A DNA stretch of 41,158 bases, taken from contig NC_068987.1 in the NCBI RefSeq assembly GCF_001194135.2, positions 87,307,880 to 87,349,037 on the forward strand. Direction: 5' to 3'. How positions within the stretch are numbered: the stretch's first letter is position 1; the number at the start of each line of letters is the position of its first letter. Below the pieces are notes generated by a model, which saw nothing but the letters and a program-made list of their open reading frames with translations, was not told the origin of the DNA and made no database searches. Origin of the DNA: Octopus bimaculoides. Its lineage: Eukaryota. The position numbers and the translations under genes are program-made. Below, one piece after another: positions 1 through 11,634 of the stretch.

Positions 1-28
1 ATATATAGAGAGAGAGATAGAGAGAGAG

Positions 29-59
<31 letters not shown>

Positions 60-113
60 CAGATAGATAGATAAATAGATAGATAGATAGATAGAGAAAG
101 AGAGAGAGAGAGA
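1..113. repeat. (GA)n/(GATA)n compound microsatellite
   Basis: Direct reading of the first 113 nt. Confidence 0.95.
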
Positions 114-359
114 GTCTGAAGGTGAGATAGAATATAATCTTTACAATCTACTTGAACTGAGATGGGATTACTTTAAGGTTTTCCCATCGAGTAAGAATCT
201 ATGAAAAAGACTCATCACAAAATTTCAAAAATAATATAATTTGGGACAAAAGAAAGAGAAGATTAAATTCTAGAACACACTGTATTCACCGTGTATTTCT
301 TCGTGTGATTGTTCCTTAATTATTTTTTCTCCTTCATATTTTTTTCTGTTGAACTACTG

Positions 360-688
360 TTCTTGTGCCTGACGTCGAATCTGTGCTCATTAAACCTTTT
401 GTTTAATTGTTCCGTTGTACAACCAACATAAATCAAGTTATGTTTCGTGCATTCTGCACCGTACACTAAATGGGAATCTTTGCAGGTTCCCCCTTCTGTA
501 TAAATCATAACATTTTTATTATGATTTTTGATGGTATTCACTTCACTCATGTTGTTGCACAATGAACAGGGCTTACCTCTCTTGCGGCTGTTCTTTAAGG
601 TACAGCGTGTAGATACTCCAATGTTCGTTTTCTTGGAGTCAGATATAGAGGTCAATAATTCTTTTATGTTCTTATTCCGTCGAAAGGC
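360..688 (-). pseudogene. Penelope-like element GIY-YIG endonuclease fragment
   Basis: ORF 320-655(-) encodes C...PCSLC...TCKDSHLVYGAECTKHNLIYVGCTTEQLNKRFNEHRFDV: Cys cluster, LVY (469-461) and YVG (430-422) half-motifs, R-x3-H helix. Recognisable homology ends near 360; upstream runs into gap 689-1417. Confidence 0.8.
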
Positions 689-1417
689 NNNNNNNNNNNN
701 NNNNNNNNNNNNNNNNNNNNNNNNNNNNNNNNNNNNNNNNNNNNNNNNNNNNNNNNNNNNNNNNNNNNNNNNNNNNNNNNNNNNNNNNNNNNNNNNNNNN
801 NNNNNNNNNNNNNNNNNNNNNNNNNNNNNNNNNNNNNNNNNNNNNNNNNNNNNNNNNNNNNNNNNNNNNNNNNNNNNNNNNNNNNNNNNNNNNNNNNNNN
901 NNNNNNNNNNNNNNNNNNNNNNNNNNNNNNNNNNNNNNNNNNNNNNNNNNNNNNNNNNNNNNNNNNNNNNNNNNNNNNNNNNNNNNNNNNNNNNNNNNNN
1001 NNNNNNNNNNNNNNNNNNNNNNNNNNNNNNNNNNNNNNNNNNNNNNNNNNNNNNNNNNNNNNNNNNNNNNNNNNNNNNNNNNNNNNNNNNNNNNNNNNNN
1101 NNNNNNNNNNNNNNNNNNNNNNNNNNNNNNNNNNNNNNNNNNNNNNNNNNNNNNNNNNNNNNNNNNNNNNNNNNNNNNNNNNNNNNNNNNNNNNNNNNNN
1201 NNNNNNNNNNNNNNNNNNNNNNNNNNNNNNNNNNNNNNNNNNNNNNNNNNNNNNNNNNNNNNNNNNNNNNNNNNNNNNNNNNNNNNNNNNNNNNNNNNNN
1301 NNNNNNNNNNNNNNNNNNNNNNNNNNNNNNNNNNNNNNNNNNNNNNNNNNNNNNNNNNNNNNNNNNNNNNNNNNNNNNNNNNNNNNNNNNNNNNNNNNNN
1401 NNNNNNNNNNNNNNNNG

Positions 1418-1716
1418 AGAATATCATCAAATTTATACAAAACTGTTTGATTGAATATTCTTCTTTCTCTCTTTTTCTTTTCTTTTTCTGTCGTCTTCCT
1501 TTTTCTTTCTTTCTTTCTGCTTATTAAAAAACTGACAAAAGCTGATGATGTCATTCTATCAACGTATGGACGCTGGTTACTCACGTTCATAGTTTACGTT
1601 TGGTTTCTGAAATTTTGAATTTTCAATCACCTTTTGGTTTGAACTTGAGAAAGACAGATGTTCTGTCGAAATATTGTTAAAAAAATAAAACATCTAAAAT
1701 CGCACTCTTCGTCTTG
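1418..1716 (+). mobile_element. Probable PLE ORF end and 3' UTR/pseudo-LTR with hammerhead and AATAAA
   Basis: Frame ends EYHQIYTKLFD-TGA (1452-1454), followed by a pyrimidine-rich UTR, HHR at 1638-1682, AATAAA at 1684-1689, then (AAT)/(ATG)n. Confidence 0.55.
1638..1682 (+). ncRNA. Minimal type I hammerhead ribozyme, U3:A8 core variant
   Basis: TTTgAAC | TTGAGAA (1645-1651) A | GACAG-atgtt-CTGTC | GAAA (1668-1671) TAT T | GTTaAAA. Stem I AAC/GTT plus TTT/AAA, 5-bp stem II, palindromic AATATT stem III; predicted cleavage after U1675. Confidence 0.7.
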
Positions 1717-1820
1717 ACTAATAATAATAATATTAATATTAATGATGATGATGATGATGATGATGATAATGATGATGATGATGATAATGATGATGATGAT
1801 GATAATGATGATGATGATAA
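1717..1820. repeat. (AAT)n then (ATG)n microsatellite
   Basis: Direct reading; source of the poly-I and poly-M ORFs. Confidence 0.95.
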
Positions 1821-1921
1821 TAATTTCACCTATGGTGGATTTTGCCATGGTGGAATATAGATATCGTGAAATTTACCTAGTAGAATTTTCCGCGTTGGAA
1901 TTTACTGGCCACTCCTACACA

Positions 1922-2231
1922 CTGAAACACACATACACACAAACACAGACAATACACACACAACACACACACACAACACACACATAAGCATATAGTCACG
2001 CAAAACTCGCACACAAACGCATACACAAACACACACACACACAACACACACACAAGCATATAGTCACGCACAAACTCACACACAAACACATACACAAACA
2101 CATACACACAAACGCACGCACAAACACATACACACAAACACACACACAAACACACACAACACACACGCACACACGTACACTCACAAACACACATAACCAC
2201 ACACATAAACGCATAACACATACAACACATA

Positions 2232-2262
<31 letters not shown>
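1922..2262. repeat. Compound (CA)n low-complexity array with a duplicated unit
   Basis: CA-rich tract; AAGCATATAGTCACGCA occurs twice (about 1987 and 2055). Confidence 0.9.
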
Positions 2263-2264
<2 letters not shown>

Positions 2265-2364
2265 AAAAGCACTGTCGTCTCATTTACTGATCAAATGCAC
2301 TCAATACACGTTACTTCACCGTGTAGTTTGTAATAAATCCTTCATCGATCAATATAATCTTATA

Positions 2365-2530
2365 TGTTGTTTTACGTTCTGAGTTCAAATCCTATCGGCA
2401 GTCGATTCTGTTTGCCCTTCTTACTGGGATTCGATACAATGAAGTCCCCATCAGTCAAATATCGAAGATCCATCATATCGATTATTCCCTCTCCCCCACC
2501 CCTGCTATCAAATGTGTCAGCTTTTGTGCT
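2365..2530 (+). mobile_element. Old SINE family B fragment
   Basis: TTTTACGTTCTGAGTTCAAAT B-box region plus a degenerate body similar to the family B copies at 3203 and 37738. Confidence 0.5.
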
Positions 2531-2560
2531 TGCGTCAGAAATCAATGTTATACGGTTTCA

Positions 2561-2814
2561 CACAGGCACAAGCATGGCTGTGTGGTTAGGAAACTTGCTT
2601 TGCAACCCTGTGATTTCGGGTTCAGTCTTACTGTGCATCACCTGAAGCGTGTGTCTTTTAATAGAGCCCCGGACTGACCAATGCTTTGTGATTAAATTTA
2701 TTAGACAGAAACTATGGAAGTCCATCGTCTATCCATCCATCGTCCGTCCGTCGGTCCGTTCGTCAGTCCATTTGTCTGCCTGCCTGTCTGCCTGCCTGTC
2801 TGTCTACATCTGTT

Positions 2815-2881
<67 letters not shown>

Positions 2882-2980
2882 GTCTGTCTATCTATCTAAA
2901 AGTTAGTACTGGGATCGATTAGTTCGGTAAAACCTTTCAAGGCTTGCTCCTGCATGGTCGCAATCCAATGACTGAAATTC
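2561..2980 (+). mobile_element. Diverged SINE family A copy with internal (TCTA)n
   Basis: Head GCATGGCTGTGTGGTTAGG...GGGTTCAGTC, microsatellite about 2729-2898, tail GCATGGTCGCAATCCAATGACTGAAA. Confidence 0.7.
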
Positions 2981-3202
2981 AGCCACTCACACAGGTGGTA
3001 TGTGAGTAGCTGAGAGCTTAAGTAGTTCTTTTTGCAATCATGTGCGGTCGGTTTCTATTCCACAAGAGTGTTTTCCATAGCCTCGTGATGAATCAAGCTT
3101 TCAGATTGAAATTTGGCAGACAGAAAATTATGTCGAGGCCTGTAATTCCAAAAACCAGAGTTGTCATATTTACGTCTGAATATCATTATTTTCAGGATAT
3201 AC

Positions 3203-3410
3203 AAAGGTGGTGACTTGGCAGAACCGTTAGCACGCCGGACAAAATGTTTAGCGGCATTTCATCCATCTCACACCCTGAGCTCAACTTCTATCAGGATCAG
3301 CTTTACCTTTCATCCTTTTGGGGTCGATAAAACAAGTGCCAATCAAGTACTGGGGTCGATCTAGTCGACTTATTCCCTCCCCTCAAAAACCCCTACCAAA
3401 GTTTGAAACC
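3203..3410 (+). mobile_element. tRNA-derived SINE family B (Meta-domain-like core)
   Basis: TGGCAGAACCGTTAG head; CCTTTCATCCTTTTGGGGTCGATAAA core resembling the MetaSINE central domain (from memory); GTCGA-N5-TCGAC hairpin at 3355-3369. Confidence 0.8.
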
Positions 3411-3916
3411 ATTATTTTCAGGATAAACTAAACGTGACTGTGCTTGTGTGGGTGTTGTGTGTGTGTGTGTGTGTGTGTTGTGTGTTGTGTGTGTGTGTGT
3501 GTGTGTGTTGTGTGTGTGTGTGTGTGAGAGTGTGNNNNNNNNNNNNNNNNNNNNNNNNNNNNNNNNNNNNNNNNNNNNNNNNNNNNNNNNNNNNNNNNNN
3601 NNNNNGGGGGGGTGACCGTTGATTGAAGAACTGAAAGTAGCAATTTTTAAAGAATATTTCAGCATCTTTTCTTTTTATTAGCGACATGTTTTTATAGGAA
3701 GAAAAGAAAGAGAAAAAAAACATTAAAGTATAAAGGAACAAAGTATTGAGAAAAAATCCATAACTACCTCACCAAGAAAACAAAGGAAAAGAAAAAAAAG
3801 TGGGTAGGATTACGCAGCTGAAGATGGGGAAAGATGTAGGGTGTAACGGGTAGTATACCCCGGAACAAATGGTGTATTTAGTTGTGCCTTACAGACATGA
3901 TTGCAAAGGCGTTGCC

Positions 3917-4033
3917 GCGAATCTGATCGGCCCTTATCAATTTGTGCCGGTAGCCGTCGATTCTTCAGGTGTTATTGAACCGCACACACCCGATTTTCTC
4001 CGCAAACTGGAAAAAGCCATCGTCAAAAGCAAC
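3917..4033 (+). pseudogene. CRE-like non-LTR retrotransposon restriction-like endonuclease (RLE) C-terminal fragment
   Basis: ANLIGPYQFVPVAVDSSGVIEPHTPDFLRKLEKAI resembles the Y-x-FVP-x-A-x-E-T/S-x-G...FL-x2-LG motif at the end of CRE-clade RLE domains. Confidence 0.55.
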
Positions 4034-4559
4034 AGATTTCACAGTCATTTGTACGTGAGTGTCTCCGTATATGCACTTATGCATCACTATGTATATGTGT
4101 ACGAGTGTGTACGTGTGTGTATATGTGTAGTGTGTGCGTGTGTGTGTGTGTGCATGCGTGTAGAACTTGGCGGGTCAACATACTGTGGTTGTTCACTAAC
4201 TCAAAATCAATGACTGTTGAGACCGGAATCTTATCCATTCATCCGTTATGTCTCTTAGGACTTCGACCTCCAGACGGTATTTCTCCGATTAGAAATAATT
4301 GACGAATTAGTGAAAATGAATTAGCGAAATAAATCTTAGCTATTTATAAAGAAAAATCGAAATAAATCAATAATAAAATGGCATCTTCTACCGAATAATG
4401 TTTCCGTCATTGTGGAGCACCACCTTGAAGGGTCAAGTCGGAAAAAATCGACTCCAGTGCTTTTCTTCTTTTTAAGTCTGATAATTAACTTCAGAGTAAA
4501 TATAATCAGTGACTTCAGGATATCAAAATCACATAAACCAACACTTGAATGTTTTATGA

Positions 4560-4960
4560 TGTGTCCAATAGTTGATCCTTAATTTCCGTTAAGATATATT
4601 TATTAAAATACGGATACAAAGAAAAAAAATCTTGCTCTTCGTTACTAAAAAGTCACTGGAGGTTTTTAAGTTTTTTCAAAGATACAATTTTTCAAGCGAG
4701 AATATGGATTATCTTTTGACCTTTTGATACAGGGTTTGGTCTTAGAAAGATATTCCATCTGATGTTATAGTTGACCTTCTCCTTAGGTTTTCAAATTAAT
4801 ACCGTGAGGATTGTTGCAAGCCTTTTCTCTAGGTGTTTTAAGGTTGAAAAATGGTAATTGTATCTAGATTAAAATTTTCCTCCAATGATCCAATATAAAG
4901 GTTTGGTCTCTTTCCTGTGTATCTGTATTTCACAAGGCTTTTTGTGGTTTTTATTAAGAT
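4560..4960 (-). pseudogene. Frameshifted PLE GIY-YIG endonuclease remnant (absent from ORF track)
   Basis: Manual translation: LYIGSLEENF (YIG at 4897-4889) / SRYNYHFSTLKHLEKRLATILTVLI*KPKEKVNYNIRWNI (NYNIRWNI at 4772-4749), colinear with the EN at 33.8-34.2 kb. Confidence 0.7.
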
Positions 4961-5021
4961 AATATCATTACACTCTTAACTGGTGAAAATCATACCATAC
5001 GGTGTATATATATATATATAA

Positions 5022-5332
5022 CAAAAATTTAAATAAGAGTTTTGACGCTAATATCCATTTTTATTAAAGTTTATTACCTATGTCAACATTTCTGTATGAG
5101 GTCAAATTCAACTCTTAATTCAAGTTAAATAAGTAAATTACTTTACACATCCTCAGGGTAAAAAGTAAAAAGCAAACACCCCCAAAATTTATAATCTCTG
5201 AGGATGTGTAAGGTAATTTACTTATTTAACTTGAATTGAGAGTTGAATTTGGCCTCATACAGAAATGTTGACATAGGTAATAAACTTTAATATAAATAGA
5301 TATTAGCGTCAAAACTCTTATTTAAATTCTTG
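5022..5332. mobile_element. Foldback MITE with 135-bp inverted arms
   Basis: Arms 5022-5156 and 5198-5332 are reverse complements with only a handful of mismatches; 41-bp spacer; TA-repeat context on both sides. Confidence 0.9.
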
Positions 5333-5460
5333 ATATATAACCAAGGAGATCGATCCATATGGAGTTTAATATAGACCTTTGTGGACGAATTTTTGCTATT
5401 TTGGTAACGATTACATGTTTTATCTCACCGATACATTTGGTTGATATCATNNNNNNNNNN

Positions 5461-5504
<44 letters not shown>

Positions 5505-6253
5505 TCTAGAAAATGTGTAGATACTTTAACAGCTGATAACTCAATTTTAATTTATTTTTAGATTTAAACACTCAGAAATAATTAAGGAACTAAGCTTTCA
5601 ATGGAATAAATCTATCCTAAACTGCTACCGGAAGTTTGAAAATGCAGTCTAAGTGCAAAGACAATTTTAGGAGAAGTTTCAAAAATTTACTTTAACACGA
5701 CTCATCATCAACTCAAATAAGCTTGACGTGGATGGAAATGTTCAGAATGTTCCGGAAGACCGCGGACATCGAAGAGCTCCACAAAGTAAGAAAACATATT
5801 GCCAGAGTTCAAGAAAACTGTCGCAAGCGAGTCGTGTCAGAGGAATTTGAAAATTAAGCGTTCATCGCATTCCGAAGAGTTGTCGTTGGAAAAGTCACAG
5901 TCTAACAACATTCTCTACTGTCAATGAAGACGGTCCAAATCGAAGAGTGGAGTTTTGCGAGTGTTCTTTAATAAGATGTGTAGAAGATGCACACTTTCCA
6001 AAAAAGGATTATTTGGGGTAATGAGTCTCCATTTAGATTAAATGAGCCAACTTCCTCAGAGACCAGAGAATCTACATATTACGGAGGAAGATCATGTTAA
6101 TTGATCGGGAGTTGTAGTTTGATACAGCTTATCGTCAAAAGGATTAACTGGATCATCCAGTTTTGTCATTACTGTGACTGGCCCTATTTACACGAATTTG
6201 CGGCGACTATTTGTCATGCAATTTTGGAGGACTTTGAAGAAGTAGAGTTTTAT

Positions 6254-6623
<370 letters not shown>

Positions 6624-7082
6624 TAGAGCTTATTTCCAGCAAAATGGGGCACCCCCACACTATCATAGTTAGGTAAGGACCAACCGTGATGATATTTTTC
6701 CAAACAGCTGAATTGGACAAAGAGGTTCGGTAGAATACTTTTCGCATTTACCGACTCAAACAACACTACACTTTTTTTCATGGAAATACTTAAACGATTA
6801 AGTTTACGGTACAAAATTGGCAACAGTCGACGATTTGAGGGCAGCCGTTGAGCAAGAATGCGCACAAATACGGAACGAAATATTTATTGATGTTTGCGAT
6901 TCTATTACTTCGTGTTATTAGCAGTATCTGGTCCAAAACGGACATTAATTTGATAAAAAGTTGTTCATCATAAAAAAACAAAAAAAACAAAAACGAATAA
7001 AGTAAATTCTGTCTGTTGATTCTATTAAATTTTGAAAATGACATGTATTGTAGTAAACACTGACTTTATAATCATTCAATCA

Positions 7083-7180
7083 TTTAGCTTTTACTTGTTT
7101 CACTCATTAGACTGCAGCCATGTTGAGGTGCCATCTTGAAGAGTTTTTGGTCGAATGAATCGACACCGGTGCATATTTTT
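7083..7180 (-). mobile_element. SINE family A 3' tail fragment
   Basis: TTTTACTTGTTTCACTCATTAGACTGCAGCCATG matches the family A tail. Confidence 0.65.
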
Positions 7181-7719
7181 TCAATCTGTGTATATAATTT
7201 ATATATACATGTATTTTAATGCAACCGTATTCAGACATCGATTCTTTGTTTATTAGAAAAATTAATTGAATGGAATTGAAGAGAACACACACAGACGGAC
7301 ACTTATAACCTAAAAACATGTAAATACATACAATCACACCTTTATATACCTATACATACGCACAAACTAATATATATATATATTTGGTGTCTGTGTGTGT
7401 GTATGCATTGAAAGATTTATATACGCATACATACAGGCATATACATAAATACATCTATGCAAGCAAACGGCTATACAAAAAAACCTAAGACATACACATA
7501 CTTGCAGCAAGATGCATATAATGCGTTGCAGCTTCAGCATTTAATTTACGCAAACTGGTGTGAAGCCAACTGGGAAGAGCCTTGAAGCTTGGTGCGTGAC
7601 TAGCTTTTTTGCTATGGTATAATAAGATGTAAAATAAGTATTGAAGATAATACAAATCAAACGCCTATACGTACATGACTCAGTGTATAGAAAAAGCACA
7701 CGCTCACAGACAAATGCTC

Positions 7720-7753
<34 letters not shown>

Positions 7754-8132
7754 NNNNNNNNNNNNNNNNNNNNNNNNNNNNNNNNNNNNNNNNNNNNNNN
7801 NNNNNNNNNNNNNNNNNNNNNNNNNNNNNNNNNNNNNNNNNNNNNNNNNNNNNNNNNNNNNNNNNNNNNNNNNNNNNNNNNNNNNNNNNNNNNNNNNNNN
7901 NNNNNATATATATATATATATACACATATATACATACACACGTATATATATATATATACATAATAGAGTATACATTTACATACACAGACACACATAAATA
8001 TACGGTCAGACATACGCATACATGCATATACACCCTTGATATACCTTCGCTATATAACAAAGTATTTATTTAGAAACTTGGAATTGTTTAGAAAAAGAAG
8101 AAAAGCAGAAGAAATTCTGACCAATACTAGCT

Positions 8133-8345
8133 TTTTACGTTTGGCTTTTTTCAGTCATCGGACTGCGTCCATGCTGGGGCATCGCTTTAAAGGGTTTAGG
8201 TTAGTAAATCGACTCCAGTAATTACTTCTTAAAGCCTGGGGCTTGCCCTTTTTTTGTGTGGAACTTTTAAGTTACGAAGACGTAAACAAACTAACACTGG
8301 TTGTCAAGCCGCGCGCGCGTGTTTGTGTGCCACACAAACACTGAA
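8133..8345 (-). mobile_element. SINE family A 3' half, diverged
   Basis: CAGTCATCGGACTGCGTCCATGCTGGGGCA...GTAAACAAACTAACACTGGTTGTCAAGC, colinear with 21393-21600. Confidence 0.7.
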
Positions 8346-8410
8346 ACTTACACACACACACACACGCACACACACACACACACATACACACACATGCATA
8401 CTCATGCATA

Positions 8411-8492
8411 TATTCTTTTCTACTCTAGGCACACAAGGCCCGAGATTTTTGGGGAGGGGCCAGTCGATTAGATCGACCCCAGTACGCAACTG
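8411..8492 (-). mobile_element. Young SINE family B 3' end
   Basis: Near-identical to the 3' end of the copy at 38982-39110. Confidence 0.85.
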
Positions 8493-9509
8493 TCTGTCTA
8501 TCTGTCCGTCCGTCTGTCTGTTTTTCGCTTTCTCTGTCTACCTGTCTGTCTGTCTGTCTCTCTATATATACATGCATAGACATTCCCCACCACTCATATA
8601 CGTAAATATTTATTTATTTATTGTTCGTATGCATACATGTGTGTGTGCGCACAGGAGTTGTGCGTGTATGTGTGTGCATGTGTGCGTATGTGCGTGCGTG
8701 TGTGCGTGAGTGTGTGTGTATATATGCTTAAATGCAAAGCTCTGAGTAGCAACAGAGAGTAATGTGAAACCCCACGATAAATATTTAGTCTGTACGTTTG
8801 TTGGAGCACATTTTTCCTTCACGAATGCAAACTCACGAATATACGAAAACACACTCATACACATAGTCGCGCTCATACTCACACATACACACACACACCC
8901 TGCACTCCTATGGACAGCGACGAAACATTGAAGGCGAATGCAATCACCAAGTCTCTATAAGCCATCCCGCTATTAAAAGTTATTTAACTTCATCATCAGC
9001 ATCTTCAAGAGCAAAATATATAAAAATGACAAGACAAAGCAAAACAATAAACAACCACACAAATAAAAACAACAACAACAAAAAAAAACAATAACAACAC
9101 GGAAATAAAATCTAATATATAAAAAAAACCGCAAAACAACCTTCAGGTAAAACATTATTGGCTTCGAACGTACATACGACTCTGTTCTCTCTTCTCTAAT
9201 AAAACCATCTTTAATTTCCATTTCTCTCATTATATCCTAGTCTGGAACATTATGAAAAACTCCAGTGTACCATTTAATTGAGCTAGTCCGTATATCGTTC
9301 ATTCATTTTGCTCGAAACCTAACAATGGGGTTACTATATGATGAGGAAGAAAATAAGCATGCTTTTTGGTTCGCAGGGTAATTTGTGAGCGGCAATAATT
9401 TGGTTTTCTTCTCTGAAGAATGCACTCGGTGCTTCTTCCATTTTCAATTTGCTTTAACTATTTCCAGTTTCCGTTAAAAATGATTTCTTGTCGTTTCATT
9501 CTTTGCTTG

Positions 9510-10200
9510 CATACGTTCATATATACATACATAAATGTATACTTAAAGGCATACGTGTATACACACATACATACATGCATGCATATATACATAAATTCAT
9601 ACGTATATACATACATACACGCATACATACATGCATACATACATAAATGCATAGTGTATGCATACATACATATATGCATATACACATCAATGCACACGTG
9701 CATACATACATACATACATACATACATACATACATACATACACACATACAAATATAAATGCAGTCGTATATGAATACATACATACATACATACATATATA
9801 CATATATACATATATACATATATATATATAAATGCATACGTGCATACATACATACATGCATACACATATACATACATACATACATACATNNNNNNNNNNN
9901 NNNNNNNNNNNGTATGAATACATACATATATATATATATACATATAAATGCATACGTGCATACATACGTACATGCACACATACATATATACATAACTGCA
10001 TAGTGTATGCATACATACATATATACATATACACATAAATGCAAGCGTGCATACATACATACACACACATATATGCATACATATATACACACATATACAT
10101 GTATACATGCATACGCACACATACATACATAAATGCATACGTATATGAATGCATACATACATACGTGCACACACACATAATACATACATACATACATACA

Positions 10201-10234
<34 letters not shown>

Positions 10235-10270
10235 CATACAAATACTCATACATAGATGCATACATACATA
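9510..10270. repeat. Long compound (CATA)n/(TA)n microsatellite array
   Basis: Direct reading; source of the MYVC/HTYI ORFs; small gap 9890-9911. Confidence 0.95.
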
Positions 10271-10730
10271 AATTGATAGACAACAAATGTCTGCTGTGCA
10301 AAGCTAAAACTGAAGACGTCTATCGCATAATTGCCAACTGCGAGAGAATGTTATCAAGATATTATCTTCCCATGAGGCAGGATACGGTTGCCAGAACAGT
10401 CTGGAATATGATAAGAAAAAAGAAACTATCACAAAGCTAACGATATTAAGACGATGAGTCAAAATAATATTAATGGAAGTTAAAAATTAAAACAACCACC
10501 AAGTTAAAATACAACCGCCCAGATACCGTTGTGTGGAGCCATAAGAAAGAATTATGACCTGTTATGAAAATCAGCTGCACTTTGAACACCAATGTGACCA
10601 GAAAATTTCTGGAGAAAGAAAATGCTGAAAGACCATTGTTAAGAAGTTTACAAACCTAGTATCCAAAATACACTTTCAATTTTTATAACTATTATCGCCG
10701 AAGGAACAGAATACGTACAAACCAAGCTCG
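10271..10730 (+). pseudogene. R4/Dong-clade LINE fragment (zinc knuckle plus RLE), starting at the edge of (CATA)n
   Basis: DNKCLLCKAKTEDVYRIIANCERMLSRYYLPMRQDTVARTVWN ... KIKTTTKLKYNRPDTVVW ... MKISCTLNTNV; stops and frameshifts present. Confidence 0.85.
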
Positions 10731-11443
10731 TGCCGTCAGTAATTACTCAGGGTAGGCAGTTGGTGACCTTTGTGTAGTAAAACGTACAAAACAATAATCG
10801 AAACACAGCCGCGTGACTGAGTTGAAGGCAAATTTACTTCTGCTTTTATAGCACGTAAAGAAAACGTTGTTGTAGGAATGTACGCAGCATGTGTACCACG
10901 ACAGTTCTATGCGTAGTTTTAATACTGAGATTGAAAGGCAGGGAGGAAATTATGCCTATCTAATCTACAAAGCAATAAAATATTTTGCATTTTATGCAAA
11001 GTAATCAGAGTAACCTTTATAGTTTTATTGAATTAGGTGCATATTTTGCCATGAGAGGAAAACGTTGCTATCCATCTATTTTATTCAAGGTAGACAATGC
11101 CTACCTTGTCTACCTAGGCGGAACGTCCCTGTACAAACCCACGTGGAGCAAAGTATGGCCAATCTTGGGTTCTTGGGCAGAGAATGCAACTCCTTTATTC
11201 ATTCGTAATAAATGATCATGTTGTCTAAGACAATAATAAGCCGCGAGATCTTAAGATTTAAAGGCTGATGAACAAAACAAGACGATTACTTGCACAACCT
11301 TGTTAGCAAGCAGGGGGCCGGAAAAAAATTAACTTACAATTAAAAGGAGAAAATGAAAATACATACCTACATACACACACACATACATACATACATATAT
11401 TGATACATGCATACATACTAACATATTTACATATATACATACA

Positions 11444-11597
11444 TAGGTGCAGACGTGGCTATGTGGCAAGACGTTTGCTTTCCAACCACGTTTTCGTGCT
11501 CAGTCCCAATGCTTGACACCTTGAGCAGCCACTATAAACCTGAGCTGATCAAGGCCTTGTGGGTGGATATGATAGAAACCGAAAGAAGCTTGTCATG

Positions 11598-11598
<1 letters not shown>
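11444..11598 (+). mobile_element. Diverged SINE family A head followed by (CA)n
   Basis: GTGCAGACGTGGCTATGTGG...CTCAGTCCCAATGC...GCCTTGTGGGTGGAT...GAAAGAAGC. Confidence 0.7.

Positions 11599-11634
<36 letters not shown>

Noticed and set aside
114-350. Coding-like stretch (LLELRWDYFKVFPSSKNL*KRL) next to the EN fragment
   Set aside because: Several stops and no family motif I can name.
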